The notes beneath the pieces are model-generated. The model searched no databases. It had not been told where the DNA came from and saw only the letters and a list, made by a program, of their open reading frames with translations. A stretch of 64,000 bases of DNA, taken from assembly GCF_009914755.1 (NCBI RefSeq), contig NC_060933.1; one strand, given 5' to 3'. This document shows positions 43,501-57,600 of this stretch, piece by piece (positions within the stretch are counted from its first letter, which is position 1; the number at the start of each line of letters is the position of its first letter). The DNA is from the human T2T-CHM13v2.0 reference genome, Homo sapiens. Position numbers and translations under genes: made by a program.

Positions 43501-44535
43501 CGAGTGCAGGGGAATGGAATGGAATGGAATGCAATGGAATGGAATCTTCCGGAATGCAATGGAATGGAATGGAATGGAATGGAATGGAATGGAATCAACC
43601 CGAGTGCAATGGAATGGAGTGGAATGGAATGGAATGGAATGGAACAACCCGAATGGAATGGAATGTAATGGAGAGTAAGGGAGTTGAATAGAATCAATCC
43701 GAATGTAATGGAATGGAATGGAACGGAATGGAATTGAATGGAATGGAATGGAATGCATGGAATGGAATCAACCCGAGTTCAACGGAATGGAGAGGACTGG
43801 AATGGAATGGAATAGAAACTACCCGAATGGAATGGAATGTAATGGAGTGTAAGGGAATTGAATAGAATCAATCCGAATGTAATGGAATGGAATGGAACGG
43901 AATGGAATGGAATGCAATGGAATGGAATGGAATGGAATGCAATGGAATGGAATCAACCCGAGTGCAATCGAATGGAATCGAATGGAATGGAATGCAATGG
44001 AATGGATTCAACTTGAATGGAATGGAAATAATGGAATCAACACGAGTGGAATGGCATGGATTGGAATGGAATGGAATGGAATCAACCCGAGTACAGGGGA
44101 ATGGAATGGAATGCAATGCAATGGAATGGAATCATCCGTAATGGAATGGAAAGTAATGGAATGGAATGGAATGGAATGGAATGGAATGGAATGGAATGGA
44201 ATCAACTCGATTGCAATCGAATGGAATGGAATGGAATTAACTCGAATAGAATGGAATGGAATGGAATGGAACGGAACGGAATGGAATGGAATAGAATGCA
44301 ATGGAATGGAACGGAAAGGAAGGGAATGGAATGGAATAGAATGGAATGGAATGGAATCAACGCGAGTGCAGGGGAATGGAATGGAATGGAATGCAATGGA
44401 ATGGAATCTTCCGGAATGGAATGGAATGGAATGGAATGGAATGGAATCAACCCTAGTGCAATGGAATGGAGTGGAATGGAATGGAATGGAATGGAACAAC
44501 CCGAATGGAATGGAATGTAATGGAGAGTAAGGGAG
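13151..44535 (+). repeat. ~31.4 kb macro-repeat unit, copy 1 (inferred)
   Basis: 13,151-16,110 and 19,890-34,062 recur collinearly from 44,536/46,733 to 64,000 with shared rare variants: GGACTCTTCCAG 13,237/44,622/46,819; CCCAAGGGCAGG 20,160/50,009; GGTGGGGAAT 20,612/50,461; GAGTTAAGCCGAG 23,698/53,631. The copy of 34,063-44,535 would fall beyond the window, so the unit end is inferred. Confidence 0.8.
42305..44530 (+). repeat. Consecutive ~0.85 kb basic module-cycle units
   Basis: The TTGAA of GGATTCAACTTGAAT falls at 42,313, 43,156 and 44,013 (spacings 843 and 857), with the same order of modules in between. Confidence 0.8.
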
Positions 44536-47500
44536 TTGAATAGAATCAATCCGAATGGAATGGAATGGAATGGAATCAACGCGAGTGCAGGGGAATGGAA
44601 TGTAATGGAATGCAATGGAATGGACTCTTCCAGAATGGAATGGAATGGAATGGAATGCAATGGATTCAACTCGATTGCAATGGAATGGAATAGAATGGGA
44701 TGGAATGGAATGGAATGGAATTAACCCGAATAGAATGGAATGGAATGGAACGGAATGGAACGGAACGGAATGGAATGGAATGGAATGGAATGGTGTGGAA
44801 TGGAATGGAATGGAATGGAATCAACGCGAGTGCAGGGGAATGTAATGGAACGGAATGTAATGGAATGGAATCATCCGGAATGGAATGGAATGGAATGGAA
44901 TGGAATGGAATCAACCCGAGTGCAATGGAATGGAGTGGAATGGAACGGAATGGAATGGAACAACCCGAATGGAATGGAATGTAATGGAGAGTAAGGGAGT
45001 TGAATAGAATCAATCCGAATGTAATGGAATGGAATGGAACGGAATGGAATGGAATGGAATGGAATGCAATTGAATGGAATCAACCCGAGTACAATGGAAT
45101 GGAATGGAATGGAACGGAATGGAATGGAATGGCTTCAAACCGAATGGAATGGAAACGAATGGAATCAACACTAGTGGAATGGAATGGAATGGAATGGAAT
45201 GCAATCGAATGGAATGGAATGGTATGGAATAGAATGGAATGGAAAGAAATGGAATGGAATGGAATGGAATGGAATGGAATCGTTCCGAGTGGAATAGGAG
45301 GGAATGTATTCGAGTGGATTGGAAAGGAATGGAATCAACCAGAGTGGAATGGAAGGGAATGAAATGGAATGGAAACTAATAGAATGGAATCAACCCGAGT
45401 GGAATGGAATGGAAAGGACTGGAATGGAATGGAATGGAATGGAATGGAATGGAATGGAATCAACTCGATTGTAATGGAATGGAATGGAATGGAATGGAAT
45501 GGAATGGAATGGAATGGAATGGAATGGAATTAACCCAAATACAATGGAATGGAATGGAATGGAACGGAATGGAGTGTAATGGAATGGAATCAACCCGAGT
45601 GCAGGGGAATGGAATGGAATGGATTGCAATGGAATGGAATCATCCGGAATGGAATGGAATGGAATGGAATGCAAAGCAATGGAATCAACTCGATTCCAAT
45701 GGAATGGAATGGACTGGAAAGGAATACATTGGAATCAACCCGAGTGGAATGGAATGGAAAGGACTGGAATGGAGTGGAATGGAATGGAATGGAATGGAAT
45801 GGAATGGAATCAACTCGATTGGAATGGAATGGAATGGAATGGAATGGAATGGAATGGAATGGAATTAACACGAATAGAATGGAATGGAATGGAATGGAAC
45901 GGAACGGAATGGAATGGAATGGAATGGAATGGAATGGAATGGAATGGAATCAACCCGACTGCAGGGGAATGGAATGGAATGGAATGCAATGGAATGGATT
46001 CAACTTGAATGGAATGGAAGGAATGGAATCAACACGAGTGGAATGGCATGGATTGGAATGGAATGGAATGGAATGAACCCGAGTACAGGGGAATGGAATG
46101 GAATGGAATGCAATGGAATGGAATCATCCGTAATGGAATGGAAAGGAATGGAATGGAATGGAATGGAATGGAATGGAATGGAATGGAATGGAATCAACTC
46201 GATTGCAATCGAATGGAATGGAATGGAATTAACCCGAATGGAATGGAATGGAATGGAATAGAATGGAACGGAACGGAACGGAACGGAATGGAATGGAATG
46301 GAATGGAATGGAATGGAATGGAATGGAACGGAAAGGAATGGAATGGAATGGAATGGAATGGAATGGAATGGAATGGAATCAACTCGATTGGAATGGAATC
46401 TAATGGAATGGAATGGAATGGAATGTAATTGAATTAACCCGAATAGAATGGAATGGAATGGAATGGAACGGAACGGAATGGAATGGAATAGAATGCAATG
46501 GAATGGAACGGAAAGGAAGGGAATGGAATGGAATAGAATGGAATGGAATGGAATCAACGCGAGTGCAGGGGAATGGAATGGAATGGAATGCAATGGAATG
46601 GAATCTTCCGGAATGGAATGGAATGGAATGGAATGGAATGGAATCAACCCTAGTGCAATGGAATGGAGTGGAATGGAATGGAATGGAATGGAACAACCCG
46701 AATGGAATGGAATGTAATGGAGAGTAAGGGAGTTGAATAGAATCAATCCGAATGGAATGGAATGGAATGGAATCAACGCGAGTGCAGGGGAATGGAATGT
46801 AATGGAATGCAATGGAATGGACTCTTCCAGAATGGAATGGAATGGAATGGAATGCAATGGATTCAACTCGATTGCAATGGAATGGAATAGAATGGGATGG
46901 AATGGAATGGAATGGAATTAACCCGAATAGAATGGAATGGAATGGAACGGAATGGAACGGAACGGAATGGAATGGAATGGAATGGAATGGTGTGGAATGG
47001 AATGGAATGGAATGGAATCAACGCGAGTGCAGGGGAATGTAATGGAACGGAATGTAATGGAATGGAATCATCCGGAATGGAATGGAATGGAATGGAATGG
47101 AATGGAATCAACCCGAGTGCAATGGAATGGAGTGGAATGGAACGGAATGGAATGGAACAACCCGAATGGAATGGAATGTAATGGAGAGTAAGGGAGTTGA
47201 ATAGAATCAATCCGAATGTAATGGAATGGAATGGAACGGAATGGAATGGAATGGAATGGAATGCAATTGAATGGAATCAACCCGAGTACAATGGAATGGA
47301 ATGGAATGGAACGGAATGGAATGGAATGGCTTCAAACCGAATGGAATGGAAACGAATGGAATCAACACTAGTGGAATGGAATGGAATGGAATGGAATGCA
47401 ATCGAATGGAATGGAATGGTATGGAATAGAATGGAATGGAAAGAAATGGAATGGAATGGAATGGAATGGAATGGAATCGTTCCGAGTGGAATAGGAGGGA

Positions 47501-48642
47501 ATGTATTCGAGTGGATTGGAAAGGAATGGAATCAACCAGAGTGGAATGGAAGGGAATGAAATGGAATGGAAACTAATAGAATGGAATCAACCCGAGTGGA
47601 ATGGAATGGAAAGGACTGGAATGGAATGGAATGGAATGGAATGGAATGGAATGGAATCAACTCGATTGTAATGGAATGGAATGGAATGGAATGGAATGGA
47701 ATGGAATGGAATGGAATGGAATGGAATTAACCCAAATACAATGGAATGGAATGGAATGGAACGGAATGGAGTGTAATGGAATGGAATCAACCCGAGTGCA
47801 GGGGAATGGAATGGAATGGATTGCAATGGAATGGAATCATCCGGAATGGAATGGAATGGAATGGAATGCAAAGCAATGGAATCAACTCGATTCCAATGGA
47901 ATGGAATGGACTGGAAAGGAATACATTGGAATCAACCCGAGTGGAATGGAATGGAAAGGACTGGAATGGAGTGGAATGGAATGGAATGGAATGGAATGGA
48001 ATGGAATCAACTCGATTGGAATGGAATGGAATGGAATGGAATGGAATGGAATGGAATGGAATTAACACGAATAGAATGGAATGGAATGGAATGGAACGGA
48101 ACGGAATGGAATGGAATGGAATGGAATGGAATGGAATGGAATGGAATGGAATCAACCCGACTGCAGGGGAATGGAATGGAATGGAATGCAATGGAATGGA
48201 TTCAACTTGAATGGAATGGAAGGAATGGAATCAACACGAGTGGAATGGCATGGATTGGAATGGAATGGAATGGAATGAACCCGAGTACAGGGGAATGGAA
48301 TGGAATGGAATGCAATGGAATGGAATCATCCGTAATGGAATGGAAAGGAATGGAATGGAATGGAATGGAATGGAATGGAATGGAATGGAATGGAATCAAC
48401 TCGATTGCAATCGAATGGAATGGAATGGAATTAACCCGAATGGAATGGAATGGAATGGAATAGAATGGAACGGAACGGAACGGAACGGAATGGAATGGAA
48501 TGGAATGGAATGGAATGGAATGGAATGGAACGGAAAGGAATGGAATGGAATGGAATGGAATGGAATGGAATGGAATGGAATCAACTCGATTGGAATGGAA
48601 TCTAATGGAATGGAATGGAATGGAATGTAATTGAATTAACCC
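44243..48642 (+). repeat. Near-identical tandem duplication, 2,197 bp unit (about 44,243-46,439 and 46,440-48,642)
   Basis: ORFs repeat at offset 2,197 (44536/46733, 45000/47197, 45404/47601) and then 2,202 (46009/48211). Shared rare variants include CAACCCTAGT, AGAATGGGAT, GGAGTGTAAT and TTAACACGAATAG. Confidence 0.92.
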
Positions 48643-51600
48643 GAATAGAATGGAATGGAATGGAATGGAACGGAATGGAATGGAATGGAATGGAATGGAA
48701 TGGAATGGAATGGAATGGAATCAACCCGACTGCAGGGGAATGGAATGGAATGGAATGGAATGGAATGGAATCATCCGGAACGGAATGGAATGGAATGGAA
48801 TGGAATCAACTCGATTGCAATGGAATGGAATGGAATGGAATGGAATCGAATGGAATGGAATGGAATTAACCGGAATAGAATGGAATGGAATGGAATGGAA
48901 CGGAATGGAATGGAATGGAATGGAATGGAATGGAATGGAATCAACCCGAGTGCAGGGGAATGGAATGGAATGGAATGCAATGGAATGGAATCATCCGGAA
49001 TGGAATGGAATGGAATGGAATGCAATCAACCTGATGCAATGGAATGGAGTGGAATGGAATGGAATGGAATGGAAACATCCCGAATGGAATGGAATGTAAT
49101 GCAGTGTAAGGGAATTGAATAGAATCAATCCGAATGTAATGGAATGGAATGGAATGAAATGGAATGGAATGGAATGGAATGGAATCAACCCGAGTGCAAT
49201 GGAATGGATTCGAACGGAATGGAATGGAATGGAATGGATTCAACAAGAATGGAATGGAAAGGAATGGAATCAACCCGAGTGTAATGGCATGGAATGGAAC
49301 GGAATGGAATGGGATGGAATGGAATGGTACGGAATAGAATGGAATGGAATGAAATGGAATGGAATGGAATGGAATGGAATGGAATGGAATGGAATGGAAT
49401 GGAATGAACCCGTGTGCAATGGAATGGAATGGAATGGAATGGAATGGATTCAACTCGAATGGAATCAACTCGATTGCAATGGAATGGAATGGAATTGAAA
49501 GGAATAGAATGGAATCATCCCGAGGGGAATGGAATGGAAAGGACTGGAATGTAGTGGAATGGAATGGAATGGTATTAACCCGAATAGAATGAAATGGAAC
49601 GGAATGGAATGGAATGTAATGGAATGGAATGGAATGGAATCAACCCGAGTGCAGGGGAATGGAATGGAATGGAATGCAATGGAATGGAATCATCCGGAAT
49701 GGAATGGAATGGAATGGAATGGAATGGAATGGAATGGAATCAACCCGTGTGCAATGGAATGGATTCGAATGGAATGGAATGGAATGGAATGGATTCAACA
49801 AGAATGGAATGGAAAGGAATGGAATCAACCCGAGTGTAATGGCATGGAATGGAACGGAATGGAATGGGATGGAATGGAATGGAATGGAATCAACTCGATT
49901 TCAATGGAATGGAATGGAATAGAATGGAATGGAATTAACACGAATAGAATGGAATGGAATGGAATTGAATGGAACAGAAAGGAATGGAATGGAATGGAAT
50001 GGAATCAACCCAAGGGCAGGGGAATGGAATGGAATGGAATTCAATGGAATGGAATCATCCGGAATGGAATGGAATGGAATGGAATGGAATGGAATGGAAT
50101 CAACCCGAGTGCAATGGAATGGAGCGGAATGAAATGGAATGGAACGGAAACTACACGAATCGAATGGAATGTAATGGAGTGTAAGGGAATTGAATAGAAT
50201 GAATCCGAATGGAATGGAATGGAATGGAATCAACGCGAGTGCAGGGGAATGGAATGTAATGGAATGCAATGGAATGGAATCTTCCGGAATGGAATGGAAT
50301 GGAATGGAATGCAATGGATTCAACTCGATTGCAATGGAATGGAATAGAATGGAATGGAATGGAATGGAATGGAATTAACCCGAATATAATGGAATGGAAT
50401 GGAACGGAATGGAACGGAACGGAATTGAATGGAATGGAATGGAATGGAATGGAATGGAATGGTGGGGAATGGAATGGAATGGAATGGAATCAACGCGAGT
50501 GCAGGGGAATGTAATGGAACAGAATGTAATGGAATGGAATTATCCGGAATGGAATGGAATGGAATGGAATGGAATGGAATCAACCCGAGTGCAATGGAAT
50601 GGAGTGGAATGGAATGGAATGGAATGGAACAACCCGAATGGAATGGAATGTAAAGGAGAGTAAGGGAGATGAATAGAATCAATCCGAATGTAATGGAATG
50701 GAATGCAACGGAATGGAATGGAATGGAATGGAATGCAATGGAATGGAATCAACCCGAGTACAATGGAATGGAATGGAATGGAATGGAATGGAATGGAATG
50801 GAATGGAATGGCTTCAAACCGAATGGAATGGAAAGGAATGGAATCAACACGAGTGGAATGGAATGGAATGGAATGGAATGCAATCGAATTGAATGGAATG
50901 GTATGGAATAGAATGGAATGGAAAGAAATGGAATGGAATGGAATGGAATGGAATGGAATCGTTCCGAGTGGAATAGGAGGGAAAGTATTCGAGTGGATTG
51001 GAAAGGAATGGAATCAACCAGAGTGGAATGGAGGGGAATGGAATGGAATGGAAACTAATAGAATGGAATCAACCCGAGTGGAATGGAATGGAAAGGACTG
51101 GAATGGAATGGAATGGAATGGAATGGAATGGAATGGAATGGAATCAACTCGATTGTAATGGAATGGAATGGAATGGAATGGAATGGAATGGAATGGAATG
51201 GAATTAACCCAAATACAATGGAATGGAATGGAATGGAACGGAATGGAGTGGAATGGAATGGAATCAACCCGAGTGCAGGGGAATGGAATGGAATGGAATG
51301 CAATGGAATGGAATCATCCGGAATGGAATGGAATGGAATGGAATGCAAAGCAATGGAATCAACTCGATTGCAATGGAATGGAATGGACTGGAAAGGAATA
51401 CATTGGAATCAACCCGAGTGGAATGGAATGGAAAGGACTGGAATGGAGTGGAATGGAATGGAATAGAATGGAATGGAATCAACTCGATTGGAATGGAATG
51501 GAATGGAATGGAATGGAATGGAATGGAATGGAATGGAATTAACCCGAATAGAATGGAATGGAATTAAATGGAACGGAACGGAATGAAATGGAATGGAATG

Positions 51601-54600
51601 GAATGGAATGGAATGGAATGGAATGGAATGGAATAAACCCGACTGCAGGGGAATGGAATGGAATGGAATGCAATGGAATGGATTCAACTTGAATGGAATG
51701 GAAAGAATGGAATCAACACGAGTGGAATGGCATGGATTGGAATGGAATGGAATGGAATGAACCCGAGTACAGAGGAATGGAATGGAATGGAATGCAATGG
51801 AATGGAATCATCCGTAATGGAATGGAAAGGAATGGAATGGAATGGAATGGAATGGAATGGAATGGAATGGAATCAACTCGATTGCAATCGAATGGAATGG
51901 AATGGAATTAACCCGAATAGAATGGAATGGAACGGAATGGAACGGAACGGAACGGAATGGAATGGAATGGAATGGAATGGAATGGAATGGAACGGAAAGG
52001 AACGGAATGGAATGGAATGGAATGGAATGGAATCAACGCGAGTGCAGGGGAATGGAATGTAATGGAATGCAATGGAATGGAATCTTCCGGAATGGAATGG
52101 AATGGAATGGAATGGAATCAACCCGAGTGCAATGGAATGGAGTGGAATGGAATGGAATGGAATGGAACAACCCGAATGGAATGGAATGTAATGGAGAGTA
52201 AGGGAGTTGAATAGAATCATTCCGAATGTAATGGAATGGAATGGAACAGAATGGAATTGAAAGGAATGGAATGGAATGCAATGGAATGGAATCAACCCGA
52301 GTGCAATGGAATGGAGAGGAATGGAATGGAATGGAATGGAAAATACCCGAATGGAATGGAATGTAATGGAGTGTAAGGGAATTGAATAGAATCAATCTGA
52401 ATGTAATGGAATGGAATGGAACGGAATGGAATGGAATGGAATGGAATGGAATGGAATGGAATGGAATCAACAAGAGTGCAATCGAATGGAATCGAAAGGA
52501 ATGCAATGCAATAGAATGGATTCAACTTGAACGGAATGGAAAGAATGGAATCAACACGAGTGGAATGGCATGGATTGGAATGGAATGGAATGGAATCAAC
52601 CCGAGTACAGGGGAGTGGAATGGAATGGAATGCAATGGAATGGAATCATCCGTAATGGAATGAAAAGGAATGGAATGGAATGGAATGGAATGGAATGGAA
52701 TGGAATCAACTCGATTGCAATCGAATGGAATGGAATGGAATTACCCAAATAGAATGGAATGGAACGGAACGGAACGGAACGGAATGGAATGGAATGGAAT
52801 GGAATGGAATCAACGCGAGTGTAGGGGAATGGAATGGAATGGAATGCAATGGAATGGAATCTTCCGGAAAGGAATGGAATGGAATGGAATGAAATGCAAT
52901 GGATTCAACTCGATTGCAATGGAATGGAATAGAATGGAATGGAATGGAATGGAATGGAATTAACCCGAATAGAATGGAATGGAATGGAATGGAACGGAAT
53001 GGAACGGAATGGAATGGAATGGAATGGAATGGAATGGAATGGAATGGAATGGAATGGTATGGAATGGAATGGAATAGTACGGAATAGAATGGAATGGAAC
53101 GAATTGTAATGGAATGGAATTGAATGGAATGGAATGGAAAGGAATGGAATCAACGCGACTGCAGGGGAATGTAATGGAACGGAATGCAATGGAATGGAAT
53201 CATCCGGAATGGAATGGAATGGAATGGAATGGAATCAACCCGAGTGCAATGGAATGGAGTGGAATGGAATGGAATGGAATGGAACAACCCGAATGGAATG
53301 TAATGTAATGGAGAGTAAGGGAGTTGAATAGAATCAATCCGAATGTAATGGAATGGAATGCAACGGAATGGAATGGAATGGAATGGAATGGAATGGAATG
53401 CAATGGAATGGAATCAACCCGAGTACAATGGAATGGAATGGAATGGAATGGAATGGAATGGAATGGAATGGAATGGAATTGAATGGATTGGAATGCCTTC
53501 AAACCGAATGGAATGGAAAGGAATGGAATCAACACGAGTGGAATGGAATGGAATGGAATGGAACGGAATGGAATGGAATGGAATAGAGTGGAATGGAATC
53601 AACTCGATTGCAATCGAATGGAATGGAATGGAGTTAAGCCGAGTACAGGGGAATGGAATGGAATGGAATGCAATGGAATGGAATCATCCGTAATGGAATG
53701 GAATGGAAAGGAATGGAATGGAATGGAATGGAATGGAATAGAGTGGAATGGAATCAACTCGATTGCAATCGAATGGAATGGAATGGAATTAACCCGAATA
53801 GAATGGAATGGAATGGAATGGAACGGAACGGAATGGAATGGAATGGAATGGAATGGAATGGAAAGGAAAGGAAGGGAATGGAATGGAATAGAATGGAATG
53901 GAATGGAATCAACGCGAGTGCAGGGGAATGGAATGGAATGGAATGCAATGGAATGGAATCTTCCGGAATGGAATGGAATGGAATGGAATGGAATGGAATG
54001 GAATGGAATCAAACCGAGCACAATGGAATGGAGGGAAATGGAATGGAATGGAATGGAACAACCCGAATGGAATGGAATGTAATGGAGAGTAAGGGAGTTG
54101 AATAGAATCAATCCGAATGTAATGGAATGGAACGGAATGGAATGGAATGGAATGGAATGGAATGGAATGGAATGCAATGGAATGGAATCAACCCGAGTAC
54201 AATGGAACGGAATAGAATGGAATGTAATGTAATCGAATGGAATGGAATGGAATGGAATGGAATCAACCCGAGTGCAATGGAATGGAGAGGAATGGAATGG
54301 AATGGAATGGAAACTACCCGAATGGAATGGAACGTAATGGAGTGTAAGGGAATTGAATAGAATCAATCCGAATGGAATGGAATGGAATGGAACGGAATGT
54401 AATGGAATGGAATGGAATGGAATCCACCCGAGTGCAGGGGAATGGAATGGAATGGAATGGAATCAACCCGGGTGCAGGGGAATGGAATGGAATGGAATGC
54501 AATGGAATGGAATCATCCGGAATGGAATGGAATGGAATGCAATGGAATGGAATGGAATGGAATCAACCCGAGTGCAATGGAATGGAGTGAAATGGAATGG

Positions 54601-57600
54601 AATGGAATGGAGACAACCAGAATGGATTGGAATATAATGGAGTGTACGGGAATTGAATAGAATCAATCTGAATGTAATGAAATGGAATGGAACGGAATGG
54701 AATGGAATGGAATGGAATAGAATGGAATGGAATGCAATGGAATGGAATCAACCCGAGTGCAATCGAATGGAATCGAATGGAATGCAACGCAATGGAATGG
54801 ATTCAACTTGAATGGAATGGAAAGAATGGAATCAACACGAGTGGAATGGCATGGATTGGAATGGAATGGAATGGAATCAACCCGAGTATAGGGGAATGGA
54901 ATGGAATGGAATGCAATGGAATGGAATCATCCGTAATGGAATGGAAAGTAATGGAATGGAATGGAATGGAATGGAATGATACGGAATAGAATGGAATGGA
55001 AGGAAATGGAATGGAATGGAATGGAATGGAATGGAATGGAATCGTTCCGAGTGGAATAGGAGGGAACGTATTCGAGTGGAATGGAAAAGAGTGGAATCAA
55101 GCAGAGTGGAATGGAAGGGAATGGAATGGAATGGAAACTAATAGAATGGAATCAACCCGAGAGGAATGGAACTGAAAGGACTGGAATGGAATGGAATGGA
55201 ATGGAATCAACTCGATTGTAATGGAATGGAATGGAATGGAATGGAATGGAATGGAATCAACTCGATTGCAATCGAATGGAATGGAATGGAATTAACCCGA
55301 ATAGAATGGAATGGAATGGAATGGAACGGAACGGAATGGAATGGAATGGAATGGAATGGAATGGAATGGAACGGAAACGAAGGGAATGGAATGGAATAGA
55401 ATGGAATGGAATGGAATCAACGCGAGTGCAGGGGAATGGAATGGAATGGAATGCAATGGAATGGAATATTCCGGAATGGAATGGAATGGAATGGAATGGA
55501 ATCAACCCGAGTGCAATGGAATGGAGTGGAATGGAATGGAATGGAATGGAACAACCCGAATGGAATGGAATCGAATGGAGAGTAAGGGAGTTTAATAGAA
55601 TCAATCCGAATGTAATGGAATGGAATGGAAAGGAATGGAATTGAATGGAATGGAATGGAATGCAATGGAATGGAATCAACCCGAGTGCAATGGAATGGAG
55701 AGGAATGGAATGGAATGGAATGGAAACTACCCGAATGGAATGGAATGTAATGGAGTGTAAGGGAATTGAATAGAATCAATCCGAATGTAATGGAATGGAA
55801 TGAAACGGAATGGAATGGAATGCAATGGAATGGAATGTAATGCAATGAAATGCAATCAACCCAAGTGCAATCGAATGGAATCGAATGGAATGGAATGCAA
55901 TGGAATGGATTCAACTTGAATGGAATGGAAAGAATGGAATCAACACGAGTGGAATGGCATGGATTGGAATGGAATGGAATGGAATCAACCCGAGTACAGG
56001 GGAATGGAATGGAATGGAATGCAATGGAATGGAATTATCCGTAATGGAATGGAAAGGAATGGAATGGAATGGAATGGAATGGAATGGAATGGAATGGAAT
56101 GGAATCAACTCGATTGCAATCGAATGGAATGGAATGGAATTAACCAGAATAGAATGGAATGGAATGGAATGGAACGGAACGGAATGGAATGGAATGGAAT
56201 GGAATGGAATGGAACGGAACGGAACGGAACGGAATGGAATGGAATGGAATGGAAAGGAATGGAATCAACGCGAGTGCAGGGGAATGGAATGGAATGGAAT
56301 GGAATGAAATGGAATGCAATGGAATGGAATCATCCGGAACGGAATGGAATTGAATGGAATGGAATCAACTCGATTGCAATGGAATGGAATGGAATGGAAT
56401 GGAATGGAATGGAATGGAATGGAATTAACCCGAATAAAATGGAATGGAATGGAATGGAACGGAAAGGAGTGGAATGGAATGGAATCAACCCGAGTGCAGG
56501 GGAATGGAATGGAATGGAATGCAATGGAATGGAATCATCTGGAATGGAATGGAATGGAATGGAATGCAAAGCAATGGAGTCAACTCGATTACAATGGAAT
56601 GGAATGGAGTGGAAAGGAATAGAATGGAATCAACCCGAGTGTAATGGAATGGAAAGGACTGGAATGGAGTGGAATGCAATGGAATGGAATGGAATGGAAT
56701 CAACTCGATTGGAATCGAATGGAATGGAACGGAATGGAATGGAATGGAATGGAATTAACCCGAATAGAATGGAATGGAATGGAATTGAACGGAACGGAAT
56801 GGAATGGAATGGAATGGAATGGAATGGAATGGAATGGAATCAACCCGACTGCAGGGGAATGGAATGGAATGGAATGGAATGGAATGGAATCATCCGGAAC
56901 GGAATAGAATGGAATGGAATGGAATCAACTCGATTGCAATGGAATGGAATGGAATGGAATGGAATGGAACGGAATGGAATGGAATGGAACGGAATGGAAT
57001 GGAATGGAATGGAATGGAATTCACCCGAAAAGAATGGAATGGAATGGAATGGAAAGGAATGGAAGGGAAGGAAATGGAATGTAATCAACCCGAGTGCAGG
57101 GGAATGGAATGGAATGGAATGGCATGGAATGGAATCATCCGGAATGGAATGGAATGGAATGGAATGGAATGGAATGGAATGGTATCAACCCGAGTGCAGG
57201 GGAATGTAATGGAACGGAATGCAATGGAATGGAATCATCCGGAATGGAATGGAATGGAATGGAATGGAATGGAATGGAATCAACCCGAGTGCAATGGAAT
57301 GGAGTGGAATGGAATGGAATGGAATGGAACAACCCGAATGGAATGGAATGTAATGGAGAGTAAGGGAGTTGAATAGAATCAATCCGAATGTAAAGGAATG
57401 GAATGCAACGGAATGGAATGGAATGGAATGCAATGGAATGGAATGCAATGGAATGCAAAGGAATGGAATCAACCTGAGTGGAATGGCATGGAATGGAATG
57501 CAATGGATTGGAATGGAATGGAATCAACTCGAGTGGAAAGGAATGGAATGGAATGGAATGGAAAGGAATGGAATGAAGTCAACTCGAGTGGAATGGAATG

